Origin: Eledone cirrhosa
Lineage: Eukaryota
Reading direction: 5' to 3'
Assembly: GCA_964016885.1 (NCBI GenBank)
Contig: OZ024766.1
Coordinates: 15,686,001-15,750,000 of the forward strand
Length of the DNA: 64,000 nt
Shown: one piece after another, positions 1 to 22,176 of the stretch
Position numbering within the stretch: position 1 is the stretch's first letter
How the letters are laid out: every line of letters begins with the position of its first letter
Position numbers and translations under genes: made by a program
The notes under the pieces: generated by a model
Told to the model about the DNA's origin: nothing
Databases searched by the model: none
What the model saw: only the letters and a program-made list of their open reading frames with translations

Positions 1-2708
1 CTATACTATACTGTACATTAGATAATGTAGTCCTAGATACACTATGTCTGATAGCCACTAATACTAACTACTGTACTGTACCTTAGACAATGCAGTCCTA
101 GATACACTATGTCTGATAGCCACTAATATTAACTACTGTACTGTACATTAAATAATGTAGTACTAGATACACTATGTCTGATAGCCACTAATACTAACTA
201 ATAAACTTTACATTAGATAATGTAATCCTAGATATACTATGTCTGATAGCCACTAATACTAACTACTATACTGTACATTAGATAATGTAGTCCTAGACAT
301 ACTATGTCTGATAGCCACTAATACTAACTACTATACAGTACATTAGATAATGTAGTCCTAGATACACTATGTCTAATAGCCACTAACACTAAATACTATA
401 CTGTACATTAAATAATGTAGTTCTAGGTACACTATGTCTGATAGCCACTAATACTAACTATTGTACTGTACATTAGATAATGTAGTCCTAGGTACACTAT
501 GTCTGATAGCCACTAATACTAACTACTGTACTGTACATTTGATAATGTAGTCCTAGATACACTATGTCTGATAGCCACTAATACTAACTACTAAACTTTA
601 CATTAGATAATGTAATCCTAGATACACTATGTCTGATAGCCACTAATACTAACTACTATACTGTACATTAGATAATGTAGTCCTAGATACACTATGTCTG
701 ATAGCCACTAATACTAACTACTGTACTGTACATTAGACAATGCAGTCCTAGATACACTATGTCTGATAGCCACTAATACTAACTACTGTACTGTACATTA
801 AATAATGTAGTGCTAGATACACTATGTCTGATAGCCACTAATACTAACTACTAAACTTTACATTAGATAATGTAATCCTAGATACACTATGTCTGATAGC
901 CACTAATACTAACTACTATACTGTACATTAGATAATGTAGTCCTAGATATACTATGTCTGATAGCCACTAATACTAACTACTATACAGTACATTAGATAA
1001 TGTAGTCCTAGATACACTATGTCTAATAGCCACTAACACTAAATACTATACTGTACATTAGATAATGTAGTTCTAGATACACTATGTCTGATAGCCACTA
1101 ATACTAAATACTATACTGTACATTAGATAATGCAGTCCTAGATATACTTTGTCTGATAGCCACTAATACTAACTATACTGTACATTAGACAATGCAATCC
1201 TAGATACACTATGTCTGATAGCCACTAATACTAACTACTGTACTGTACATTAGATAATATAATCCTAGGTATACTATATCTGATAACCACTAATAGTAAC
1301 TACTAAACTGTACATTAGATAATATAGTCCTAGGTATACTAAATCTGATAGCCACTAATACTAACTACTATACTGTACATTAGATAATATAGTCCTAGGT
1401 GTACTATATCTGATAGCCACTAATACTAACTACTATACTATACTGTACATTAGATAATGTAGTCCTAGATACACTATGTCTGATAGCCACTAATACTAAC
1501 TACTGTACTGTACCTTAGACAATGCAGTCCTAGATACACTATGTCTGATAGCCACTAATATTAACTACTGTACTGTACATTAAATAATGTAGTACTAGAT
1601 ACACTATGTCTGATAGCCACTAATACTAACTAATAAACTTTACATTAGATAATGTAATCCTAGATATACTATGTCTGATAGCCACTAATACTAACTACTA
1701 TACTGTACATTAGATAATGTAGTCCTAGACATACTATGTCTGATAGCCACTAATACTAACTACTATACAGTACATTAGATAATGTAGTCCTAGATACACT
1801 ATGTCTAATAGCCACTAACACTAAATACTATACTGTACATTAAATAATGTAGTTCTAGGTACACTATGTCTGATAGCCACTAATACTAACTATTGTACTG
1901 TACATTAGATAATGTAGTCCTAGGTACACTATGTCTGATAGCCACTAATACTAACTACTGTACTGTACATTTGATAATGTAGTTCTAGATACTCTATGTC
2001 TGATAGCCACTAATACTAACTACTGTACTGTACATTAGATAATATAGTCCTAGGTATACTATATCTGATAGCCACTAATATTAACTACTATACTGTACAT
2101 TAGATAATATAGTCCTAGGTATACTATATCTGATAGCCACTAATACTAAATCCTATACTGTACATTAGATACTGTAGTCCTAGATACACTATGTCTGTAG
2201 CCACTAATACTAACTACTGTACATTATATAATGTAGTCCTAGATATACTATGTCTGATAGCCACTAATACTAACTACTATACTGTATATTAGATAATGTA
2301 GTCCTAGATACACTATGTCGGATAGTCACTAATACTAACTACTGTACTATACATTAGATAATGTAGTCCTAGATATACTATGTCTGATAGCCACTAATAC
2401 TAACTATACTGTACATTAGACAATGCAATCCTAGATACACTATGTCTGATAGCCACTAATACTAACTACTGTACTGTACATTAGATAATATAGTCCTAGG
2501 TATACTATATCTGATAGCCACTCATACTAACTATTATACTGTACATTAGATAATATACTCCTAGGTATACTAAATCTGATAGCCACTAATACTAACTACT
2601 ATACTGTACATTAGATAATATAGTCCTAGTTGTACTATATCTGATAGCCACTAACACTAACTACTATACTATACTGTACATTAGATAATGTAGTCCTAGA
2701 TACACTAT
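1..2708. repeat. 65-bp satellite array (diverged), reverse complement of the 41.0-56.2 kb array
   Basis: TAGCCACTA recurs at 52, 117, ... (period 65); unit CTGTACATTAGATAATGTAGTCCTAGATACACTATGTCTGATAGCCACTAATACTAACTACTGTA; runs off the window start. Confidence 0.97.
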
Positions 2709-2713
2709 ACATG

Positions 2714-2777
<64 letters not shown>

Positions 2778-2800
2778 TACATATACATATATACATATAC

Positions 2801-2873
<73 letters not shown>

Positions 2874-2876
2874 CAT
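2709..2876. repeat. (TA)n/(TACA) microsatellite
   Basis: Direct reading. Confidence 0.97.
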
Positions 2877-3019
2877 ATTGTTATACTTTGGGAGGGTCAT
2901 GTTGCCAATAAGAAACACACGCACCAGTTGCTTTCACTTCAATTTATTATAATAAATTTATAAATTTATAAATTTCTGGTTGGTTGGTTGGTTCCACAAC
3001 CAGATATCTGTTATATATT

Positions 3020-3053
3020 GTCATAGTTCTTTCGTCACACACTCTTCAGTGAC
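3020..3053 (-). ncRNA. Minimal type-I hammerhead ribozyme in PLE pLTR
   Basis: Minus strand GUCA-CUGAAGA-GUgugugAC-GAAA-GAAC-UA-UGAC: 4-bp stem I, intact core, 2-bp stem II. Confidence 0.65.
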
Positions 3054-3252
3054 TGGGGATTCCTTTCTTTGTTTCTGTGCCTCTCCTTTGTTCTGTCCTA
3101 CGCCATTTTGTTTCTGTGTGTGTGTTGTGTGCTCAGTCTGCGTATGCGCCACATCTGTGTGTCTGTGTGTGTTTATGTTCATTTATTTATTTGTCTATTT
3201 ACATGTTACTGGTTGGTTGTTTGTTCTGTGTGTGTGTGTTTTCATTTTGTCC

Positions 3253-6200
3253 TTAATTGTAAGTTGTGATGTTGCTGTTCCACTCATATTTTCTATTTAA
3301 TTTTGGTTGTAATTCTTTTATGCTTATTGTCTCTGTAATTTGTATAAACATTCCGTCTTTTCTGTGTGTAGATTCTATTTTTATTTCTTTGTTCTCTAAT
3401 TTACCCTTGTGTTCTATTTTAGCATGTTGGTAGAGTACAGATGATTCTTTACTATCTTGAAGGTCTCGCCAGTGTTCGTTTATCCGTTCCCCTACACTAC
3501 GAGCTGTCTCACCTATGTACACTATATTTTTGTCTCTACATTGTCCTTCAGTACATCTTATGCTATACACTACATTTCTAGTTTTACAGTTAATATGGGG
3601 GCTTATTTTACAGGTTATACATTTCTTATCTATATATGAGGGTCTTTGAAAAGGGTATGTCTTGCTAATGAGTTTTTTTACGGAGGTACCTGGTCTTTCT
3701 ACTATCTTAATATTGAGTTTATGTTTATTTAGGGCCCTTCTAAATTTGTAAGCTAATTCACCACTAGGGGTTGTATCGATGAACATTACACTCTGGTATT
3801 TATTGCTATCATACCATGAGTTTACTCTATTAGCCTTGTTCCTAGTTCTTTCTATTCTATTCCAAAATTTGCTCCTATACAATGGGCATGTCCCATTTAT
3901 GTCATTATTTACCATTTTTTTCCATTTGGTTCTGGCTCCTCTATACACTCTGATTTTATCTCTCTGATTGTAGCCAGAGAACTACATACGGTGGATGAAG
4001 TGTTGTATGTGTCTCTCTAGTTCTTCGGGGTTGCACATGCGGGACACGTTTCTCATCACCCGTACCAAATCCGCAATCAGTATGTTGATTTTGGTATGGT
4101 CCGAAACGGCCGAGTTTCGGTGGATCAGATGTTTGGAAGTCATGGGTTTGGCATAATGGGAATGGAGGATTTGTTTTTTGTTATTAATGGTATCTAACCA
4201 GAGCTCTGTGTCTAGTACAGGTAATCAATGGTTGGGGTGTTTACTTGGGTAGTCTATAGTAAGTCTAATGCTCTGGTGGATGGAGTTAGCTGTTTGCTGG
4301 ATGCTTTCCATTGTGTTTTTCTCTAGTTCCTGACTGTTCTCTAGTGGGGGTGTCTTAACTACGATGTTTATATCATCAACGTAGCGGGAGTACATTATCA
4401 GGGTTAAGGGGTCTTCTAATTGTTCTTTAAGTTTAAGTTTAAGTCTACTGTCCCACCATACCATGAATAAGTTAGCTATGTCGCCTGCAATGCTAACACC
4501 AATGGCTGCTCCTTCCTCTTGGGCATATGTTTTTCCATTAAATTTGAACATATGTTCCTTAAGGGTTAGTTTTATGCTGGCCCCCACCGCATGTGCGATC
4601 ATTTTTTTTAGTTCATCGTGGTTTTCGGGTGTCCGTATGGCAAAATCCACGTCAATAGATGGATACAGGGACACAACATCCATACTACCTATTATGCAGT
4701 TTGTTAGGTCCCTAGATCGGTTACTCACGCCGATTCTGCTGAGGATGTCCTCCGTGCTGTCACATACATCTGGGGACATTTCAATGATGGGGCGTATGAT
4801 CAGGGAGAGGAAGTAGGACAGTCTGTAGTTACTAGCAATGTTAGCTCCACAGACTGGCCGTGTTGGTGGTCCCGCGACAGGGTCATTGCCCGTTTTATGG
4901 TCTTTTCGAAGCCCATACAACGCCGGCACGTCATTGTTCCAGGCCTGGAAGTTGTTGGCAGTCCTTTTGTTGGGCTGCATTATATTCGTCCACATCACCA
5001 TATGGGCATTGAGGGCTTTTTCTCTATCCTCATGCTCCTGTGGTGTTACCTCTCTTGTGTTAGTGATGTGGGGTTGCATTGCCTGGATGTAGTTTGGCAG
5101 GCTGTCAACCGACATTCTGCCAGACTTGTCTGTGGAAAGCATGCTATCTCTCTATCACGCGAGCACTGCATGTGCTTACGCAAGCCATTTGCAGATTTTT
5201 CTCCCAGTTGCTGGGCCTCCATTCTATTATGCTTCTTGCTATACTGTTCTATAATATTTCAAAGTTTAGATCTAGCTATACTAAATTGTGCTTCTGTTTG
5301 TTCATCGACCTGCGACGGCAATTGCGTGCGTTTGTTAAATGGTAAAGTCGTGGCGTGGACTCGTCGCAGGTCGAACGATTTATCGGAGGGATTATAGAAA
5401 GTAGAGTTCCAGGCTGCTGCTTTATGTGTACTAGTGCTATTGTTATTGTTAGTTGTGTTGTTTCTATTTCTATTTCCACCAACAGCCTCATGGTTGTTTC
5501 TATGTCTCTCATAATTACTCCTGTCTCTTTCCACTGGCTCATTGTTGTTATCTACCCTATTTTGTGTGTCTGTGTGTTCGTCTTGGTTATTTTCTTTGTC
5601 CTTAGTCTCCCTTCTCCTTTTAATCCTATTACTTTCCCTTATTTCTGTGATTTCTGTGCTACTGTCATTACTTGTTTTCTGTGTCTGTGTGTTTAAGATT
5701 GTGGTGGTGGTGAGAGGCATTGAATGTGTGTGTGTTGTTGTTGTCTCCGTGTGTGTTATTATTGTTGTGTGTGTTGTTATTGTTGTTTGTGTCTGCGTGT
5801 CTGTTGTTGTTGTTTCTGGGTATGTTATTGTTGTTGTTGTTGTTGGTGTGTGTGTTGTTGTTATTGTTATTTGTGTCTGTGTGTCTGTTGTTGTCGGGAT
5901 GTGTGTTGTATATGTGTGTGCGTATATTGTTGCTTTTGTTTTTGAGGCTCCAGCGTAGTTTTGTAAATGATTTTTCTATTTCTGACAGACAACTAATCAT
6001 ATTTACCTTCTTGAATGTCGCAAATTTCGGGGGTAGACATAATACAGATAACTCATCGTCATCTATTACTGTGTTGCCGTATATATTTGTGTTGTTGTTG
6101 TTGTTGAACTCATCTGTTAATGAGGTGTCGGCCATATTAATACCGTCAATTTTGTCGGGATATCTATTGGTATTCTCTATAGTATCCTGATTTAGCTTTA

Positions 6201-6365
6201 TCTGCTTAAGCCACTTTAGTTTCTTGTTAAAGTGCTTATCACATTCTTGAGTAATGTACTGTTCTTCAGGACGTATAAGGCTTATAAATATTAGTTTCTC
6301 TCTTGGTGTGGTGATCCTAGCTAATTCTTGTATTAGGTTACGCTTATGTTTTTCTTGGTGACTTT
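3253..6365 (-). pseudogene. Disrupted PLE RT/GIY-YIG ORF
   Basis: ORFs 5668..6135, 5259..5720, 4225..5142 and 3253..3948 are pieces of one ORF; in-frame TGA at 5259 and 4225, TAG at 3982 (RM*FSGY), frameshifts near 5700 and 5135; probable internal deletion after IDVDFAI; N/T/H-rich low-complexity insert at ~5.7-5.93 kb. Confidence 0.88.
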
Positions 6366-6398
6366 TTTAGACCAAGGCTACAGGACTCACGACACCCG

Positions 6399-8668
6399 GT
6401 GGCACAAACCGATTTTGAAAAACCGAAAATAATTAACATTTCAAATACAAACCTCTCAGCCCAACAAGTAAAAATTCTCTCCAAAGGTCTGAAATTCACA
6501 CCAACACCACAATACCCTAACCCCAACGAGATAAATGACGATATCTCACACTTCTGTAGAAAATTACGTCTCACAGAGGAATTCTTTGACAAGGAGAATA
6601 ACGACGAATCAATTGTACGGAATAAAAGCAGCTACAACCCAACAAAAGGTAGAAACAGAGTTCTGGACAAATTTTGTGACCACATAGCTACCTTCCCATA
6701 CCATGAACTACCGCAACCTAAACCCAAACCCAACACAAGTCGAAGAGAATGGGAGATTATCCATGAACTAAAAAACAATACGGACATTGTAATTAAGGAA
6801 GCGGACAAGGGAAGTACTGTTGTCATTATGGAGGCTGAAAAATATAAAAATTCTATGTTCTCTCTCTTACAAAATACTAATTACTATGAAAGAGTAAAAA
6901 ACTACCAGCAATCAAAAATAATGACCAAATTAAACACACTGATTTATCGATACCAGGAAGACCTAACTAAAAAGGAACGCGATTATTTAACAAATTTTGA
7001 ATACAAAACCAGCAACCTTTACGGACTTCCGAAGATCAACAAATGTAAAATAATCAACGATGCCTGTAAACAATCCACTTCAGCCTACGTGAACACACAA
7101 TACCCCACAGACCTTAAATTAAGACCAATTGTAGCGGGCCCACAATGTGAAACACACAGATTGAGCAACCTTATAGACATACTACTGAAACCAATACTGA
7201 AACACATACCAAGCCTTGTAATAGACGATCTGGACCTCTTAAACCACCTCCCCAAACATGTCAACAACGACACTATTATTGTGTCTTTCGATGTAGTGAA
7301 TCTCTACACAACGATCCCACACCAATACGGACTAGAAGCAATAGGATTCTGGCTAGAGAAATATCCCAATGAGATACCTGACAGAATAGAAAAAAGCTTC
7401 ATCACCGAGGGATTAAAATTCATCCTACAGAACAACTCTTTTGATTTTGATGGCAATACTTACAAGCAAATATCGGGGACTGCGATGGGTACAAAAGCCG
7501 CTCCAACTTATGCCAACTTAGTCATGGCATACTTAGAAGTCCAGATATATGAACAGTCCAAATCAAAATACGGATTGAACTTCCACAAATATTTATCAGA
7601 GAATTGGAAACGCTACTTGGATGATTGCCTCATTCTTTGGTCCCACACACTCGACCAACGGAAGGATTTCAAAAACTTAATAAACGGCATCAATAACCAC
7701 ATCCAATTCACAATGGAATACAGCCAAGATCAACTCCCATTTCTGGACATCTTAATCATAAAAAAAGACACAAATATCGAAACTGACATACACTACAAAC
7801 CAACAGATTCCAAACAATATCTGCTATTCACCTCCAACCATCCAAAGCACACGAAGACGAACATTCCTTTTAACCTAGCAAGAAGAATTTGCACAATTGT
7901 CTCCAATTATGAAACGCGAAATAAAAGACTTCAAGAATTAAAGGAAATTCTACTTGAGAGAGAGTACCCACTATTACTAATAAATAATGGAATAGAAAAG
8001 GCTAAAGCAATAGGCATTGATGAATTACGGAAACAGAAACAAATTCAAGGTACGTTCAATATTCTATCATATATCTCAACACACAACCCAAGAAATGCGG
8101 AAGCTTACAACACTATTCACAATAACATCCCACTACTAAAACAAAACCCAAGAATGAAAAAAGCCCTTGAAACACACAAAATAATCAAAAACAAAAGACA
8201 ACCAAAATCACTGAAAACATTACTCACCAATGCCAAATTACCTACCACAAACCCACAACCAAGTATCAAAAAATGTGGTCGCTCTAATTGTGGAACCTGC
8301 ACTCACCTCATTGAAGGCAACACGTATACATTTAAATCAGGACAAAATTTTACTGTAAAAAATCACTTCACTTGCTCATCAAAAAATCTAATTTATGCCA
8401 TTAAATGTAAAGGATGCAATGAAGATTATATAGGACAAACTAAACTCACACTCAGAAACGTAATTGTTGGTGATGAACTGTCATTCTGAGATCCAACCAC
8501 GAGACAGATACCACTAAGTGCACATCTAGACATTTGCGCAAGTAATAAGACACCAAATTCAAAGTCTTCCCATTTTACCTTTGCGCTAACAATACAACAG
8601 AACAAATGCGAATAAATAAGGAAAATATGTTTATTCAAAAATATAGACCAACATTAAATAAGGTTTAA
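6399..8668 (+). pseudogene. PLE RT + GIY-YIG ORF, endonuclease broken by a 30-bp inversion and a frameshift
   Basis: 696-aa open frame; re-inverting 8459-8488 restores LRNRMTVHHQQLRDP; a 1-nt frameshift near 8558 leads into FKVFPFYLC...KENMFIQKYRPTLNKV* ending 8668. Confidence 0.9.
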
Positions 8669-9137
8669 TATACATTATGTCAACACCACAATATGACATA
8701 CACACACACACACACATAACACCTACTTTAGAAAATAAAAACCCGAACTAAATAAACCTTAACATACGTTTGCACTGGCAATACAACAGCAAACACGAAA
8801 AATTAAGGAAAATATGTTCATTCAAAAATATTCCTACTAAAGGAATCACTTTCCTACACACACACATACACACACACACAATATATATATATATATATAT
8901 ATATTCTCTTCATCTTAACATGCTAACCATACTCCCACACACATAACAACCCCCACACCTACAACTCCCTCCCCATTTCTACTAATAGAACCACTTTCCT
9001 ACACATATATATATACACACACACAAAAAATATATATTCTCTCCATCTTAACATACTCGCACACACACACATAACACCCATATACACACACACACAACTC
9101 CCTCCCCCATCTCTACTAATAGAATCATCTTCCAATA

Positions 9138-9169
<32 letters not shown>

Positions 9170-9693
9170 TACACACACACAAGCACACAAATAAACATAC
9201 ATATCTTCACTTCAATAGAAAATCTGAACTCTGACACCCCGGCGAGCTGGCCATATTCACTGAACCAGAACAATTCTCCCAATCCCTTTTCTCTTGACCA
9301 CTATCTCTCCATTGTCATAACATTCACTATAAAGACTACAGAATAGTTTTCCAAATAAGGGCGCAAAAATGTAATGAAAACTTGTTCACGTGACAGCCAA
9401 ATTTCATTTATAACCAACCAAAAAAAAGCCTTCGTGAGCCTCCTTTTTTCAAGTAAAAAGAAATTCAAACACTCATATATGAAAAAACAACCTGTGACAA
9501 CCCCCCCCCCCCTCTCTTATTTGAAGAACTATTGTAACGCGAACTGGCGCGAAATTTATTATAATTATTGACAAACCAATCAAATTACTTCTCGAAAAAC
9601 CTGGCATTTCGAGCCACTTTTTCCATATAAAACAAGTAACATTCAGAGACCAACCAGATGTGAGAAAAACCACAGACCCTCCATCTCAACTCA

Positions 9694-9731
9694 CCTTTTG
9701 AAAAGCAGAAGAACTACGAAACCGGTAAAGG
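9694..9731 (+). ncRNA. Minimal type-I hammerhead with U3-A8 core variant
   Basis: CCUU-UUGAAAA-GCAG aagaa CUAC-GAAA-CCGG-UA-AAGG; palindromic ACCGGU stem III; one stem II mismatch. Confidence 0.6.
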
Positions 9732-9800
9732 AACCAAATAAATATATATATTTTTAAAAAAAATAAGACTCCAGTTGCATTTTCGATTTCATCTCTTTTT

Positions 9801-10428
<628 letters not shown>

Positions 10429-10528
10429 CACAGGGACCTCCTCAACTCTAATCGAGGAAGGCATTAACACCATATGGACTAACATCTGTGTCCAACGAAA
10501 ACTGCCAAAGAAGGTAAAAAACAACATA

Positions 10529-11962
10529 ATGACTCGAAACAGCAAACTACCCACCTTCTACCACCTGGTTAAAACACATAAACAAGGACCCGATTTGAAA
10601 ATCAGGCCCATTGTCTCTAGCGTGGAGGGCCCACTCTACAAAATATCGTGGCTGCTCTCCACACTACTGAAACCCATTCTACACACACTACCAGCCCACG
10701 TCTGCAGCTCAAAGGAGGTCTTGGAGCGACTACACCATCTGGCGCCCAACACCAGAAAGGACAACGGTTATGCCTTCAGTCTTGATGTGGTCGCCCTTTA
10801 TACCTCCGTACCAGCATCCCCAGCCGTCGACCTGTTGACCGAACGAGTCCGAGCATCTAACTTACACTGCTTCGGACTCACATACACGGACATCCACCAA
10901 CTCCTCTCCTTCGTTGTGGATAATGCACTCTTCAATTTCCTCGGCCACACGTACAAACAAATCTCTGGGCTACCTATGGGCTCTAGTCTGTCCGGCATAC
11001 TTGCGATCTCGTACATGGACCACCTGGAACGCAAGGCACTCAATACCTGCCAACCCAACGCCGTCGCCTTCTACTCCAGATACGTTGATGACATCCTGAT
11101 ACTTACTTCTTCCCGTGAGATGGCAAATGAAATTCACCAAATCTTCAACGACACTGACCATCACGTCGATTTCACCATCGAACACCCAGGAGAAGACGGG
11201 TCACTCGCCCTCCTCGACTTCCGTATCAACATCTCGGAAGAAGGAGACATAAACACCACCTTCTACCGCAAGGCAGCGTGCAAGGACTTATTTGTGCATT
11301 ACAACTCAGCCCTCCCCAACAACGCTAAGAGAGGCTATGTCCTAAATGAACTGACACGGATCACTAACAGATGCAGCGACCCGATGGGTGGTCTCACCCA
11401 TACCACGCAATTCCGTAATCTACTCAGATCTAATGGTTATCCCAAGCTACTGATTAACGGAATTAGAGACCCCAGACCCAATAGACAGACACCCACTAGA
11501 AACTTAAATAAAAGCAGGTGCTTCTTTAAAATCACCCACCTGAGTGAATATACCACGAACGCCATCCGCAGGGCCATACGGACGGAGGGACTTGACATAC
11601 ATTTGGCCCACACAGGACCTTCGCTGCGAAGATGCCTCTCCAACAAACCCGACGAGTCAGATGGGACGTGTTCCCTCAGCAACTGCCCGATACGGGGGGC
11701 AGATTGTCTACGCACCTATGTCGTATATAAGCTTCAATGCGATAAATGTAACAAGTTTTACATAGGTAGCACCATCCGACCCCTACATGTTCGTATCAAG
11801 GAACATATCAACACCAACGCATCTTCCTTCCGTAAACACATCCTTAAATGCGGAAACCCACAGGGTAGACCCTTGGTCACAGTCCTAGCGACTGAACGCA
11901 GCATCGGATCCTTAAGGATAAAGGAAGCACTTGTTATTAAGAACCTCAGACCCCCCACTTAA
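10529..11962 (+). CDS. PLE reverse transcriptase + GIY-YIG endonuclease (N-terminally truncated)
   Basis: 477-aa ORF with RT and EN motifs; terminal stop follows a C-run, and removing one C gives the expected PTLNN ending. Confidence 0.85.
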   Translation: MTRNSKLPTFYHLVKTHKQGPDLKIRPIVSSVEGPLYKISWLLSTLLKPILHTLPAHVCSSKEVLERLHHLAPNTRKDNGYAFSLDVVALYTSVPASPAVDLLTERVRASNLHCFGLTYTDIHQLLSFVVDNALFNFLGHTYKQISGLPMGSSLSGILAISYMDHLERKALNTCQPNAVAFYSRYVDDILILTSSREMANEIHQIFNDTDHHVDFTIEHPGEDGSLALLDFRINISEEGDINTTFYRKAACKDLFVHYNSALPNNAKRGYVLNELTRITNRCSDPMGGLTHTTQFRNLLRSNGYPKLLINGIRDPRPNRQTPTRNLNKSRCFFKITHLSEYTTNAIRRAIRTEGLDIHLAHTGPSLRRCLSNKPDESDGTCSLSNCPIRGADCLRTYVVYKLQCDKCNKFYIGSTIRPLHVRIKEHINTNASSFRKHILKCGNPQGRPLVTVLATERSIGSLRIKEALVIKNLRPPT

Positions 11963-12595
11963 CAACCGGGCTGAGAGAAATGAGCTGACATGGCTAACTT
12001 AACCATAGTGACCATTCACAGCCTACGGCCTGCTATCTTCACACACACGCACGTATATGCATACCCATACGCATACACACACACATCTATATTTATACAC
12101 GCACACATGTTGGTTACAACCTACCAACCTTTCACACCCTTTGATTTCCAGCTTCGACAGCCCACTATCGTTCACACACACACGCACTCACACATATACA
12201 CACACAGTTACACACACATGTAGACCCATACGCTTACACACACACAGCTATAGGTTATACACGCACACAGGGTTACAACCTACCACCTTCACACCCTTTG
12301 ATTTCCAGCTTCTACAGCCCACTATCTTTCACACACACACACACTCACACATATACACACTGTCACGTATACACACACAGTTACACACACATATATAGTT
12401 TACACATATATTTACGGCTTTCACACGCTTGCGCACCCTCTTGATTGTAACCCATTTGGTCAGTAGCTTTTGCCAGCCTATCACGCGCACAGCGCATTCT
12501 TTCCCTCGTTTAGAAGTTTTAAATAATTTCTCCCGATAACGGCATTCTGTCTTAGACGACATCACAACTTCTCGCTGGGCCTGTTCCCCCCCTTT

Positions 12596-12650
12596 GGAAC
12601 TTTCCCCCGTTGATGGGGCGTGGAGCCCGAAATATTGGGGATAAAGCTCC
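12596..12650 (+). ncRNA. Degenerate hammerhead-like motif in PLE pLTR
   Basis: GGAACUUUCCC...GGGC gugga GCCC-GAAAUAUU-GGGGAUAAAGCUCC; stems present but core reads CCGUUGA rather than CUGANGA. Confidence 0.35.
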
Positions 12651-12828
12651 ACTACGGTAACCCTTCTACCTTGTTTTGTTTTCATCTTTGTCTCTCTCAA
12701 TTTTCACTTTCACCTGTTTCTCCTATCTATCATTCACCTCCTACCTCGAGATTCCCTCTGCATGTGTTGTGGCTTTCTGTAACTACGTTTTAGTATAGTG
12801 TTATTAGTCAGTATATAGAGTGTATAGT

Positions 12829-20943
<8,115 letters not shown>

Positions 20944-21143
20944 NNNNNNNNNNNNNNNNNNNNNNNNNNNNNNNNNNNNNNNNNNNNNNNNNNNNNNNNN
21001 NNNNNNNNNNNNNNNNNNNNNNNNNNNNNNNNNNNNNNNNNNNNNNNNNNNNNNNNNNNNNNNNNNNNNNNNNNNNNNNNNNNNNNNNNNNNNNNNNNNN
21101 NNNNNNNNNNNNNNNNNNNNNNNNNNNNNNNNNNNNNNNNNNN
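20944..21143. other. Assembly gap (200 N)
   Basis: Run of n. Confidence 1.

Positions 21144-22146
<1,003 letters not shown>

Positions 22147-22176
<30 letters not shown>

Larger units (their letters stand above)
2877..6368 (-). mobile_element. Penelope-like retroelement, Naiad-like, 5'-truncated and decayed
   Basis: RT motifs (LYGLRKDHK, PTRPVC, MDVVSLYPS, GAAIG, YSRYVDD, LPVLD), then CxxC linker and GIY-YIG (NVVYSIRC...YIGETARS..ER..EH); 3' pLTR with hammerhead abuts (TA)n; clade call rests on motif recognition only. Confidence 0.88.
6362..9802 (+). mobile_element. Penelope-like retroelement, Neptune-like, 5'-truncated
   Basis: LSKGLKFTPTP, IKEADKG, YGLPKI, LRPIV, FDVVNLYT, GTAMGT, RYLDD, LPFLD; linker CGRSNCGTC; GIY-YIG NLIYAIKC..C..YIGQT; ~1.1-kb 3' region with hammerhead, ends at (TA)n. 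Confidence 0.9.
10427..12828 (+). mobile_element. Penelope-like retroelement (third family), 5'-truncated, flanked by (TA)n
   Basis: [42 protein letters not shown]; CxxxxC linker; [29 protein letters not shown]; 3' region with a ~180-bp imperfect direct repeat at ~12.1-12.4 kb. Confidence 0.9.

Noticed and set aside
4225-5261. In-frame TGA codons in the Naiad-like ORF as selenocysteine (some Naiads encode selenoproteins)
   Set aside because: The 4225 TGA is at a position normally basic (before LPVLD), consistent with CGA>TGA; the copy also has a TAG and frameshifts; no SECIS recognised
9515-9560. Second hammerhead in the Neptune-like 3' region (TTGAAGA...GAAA)
   Set aside because: U3 with G8, no stem II closing directly on the core and no stem I
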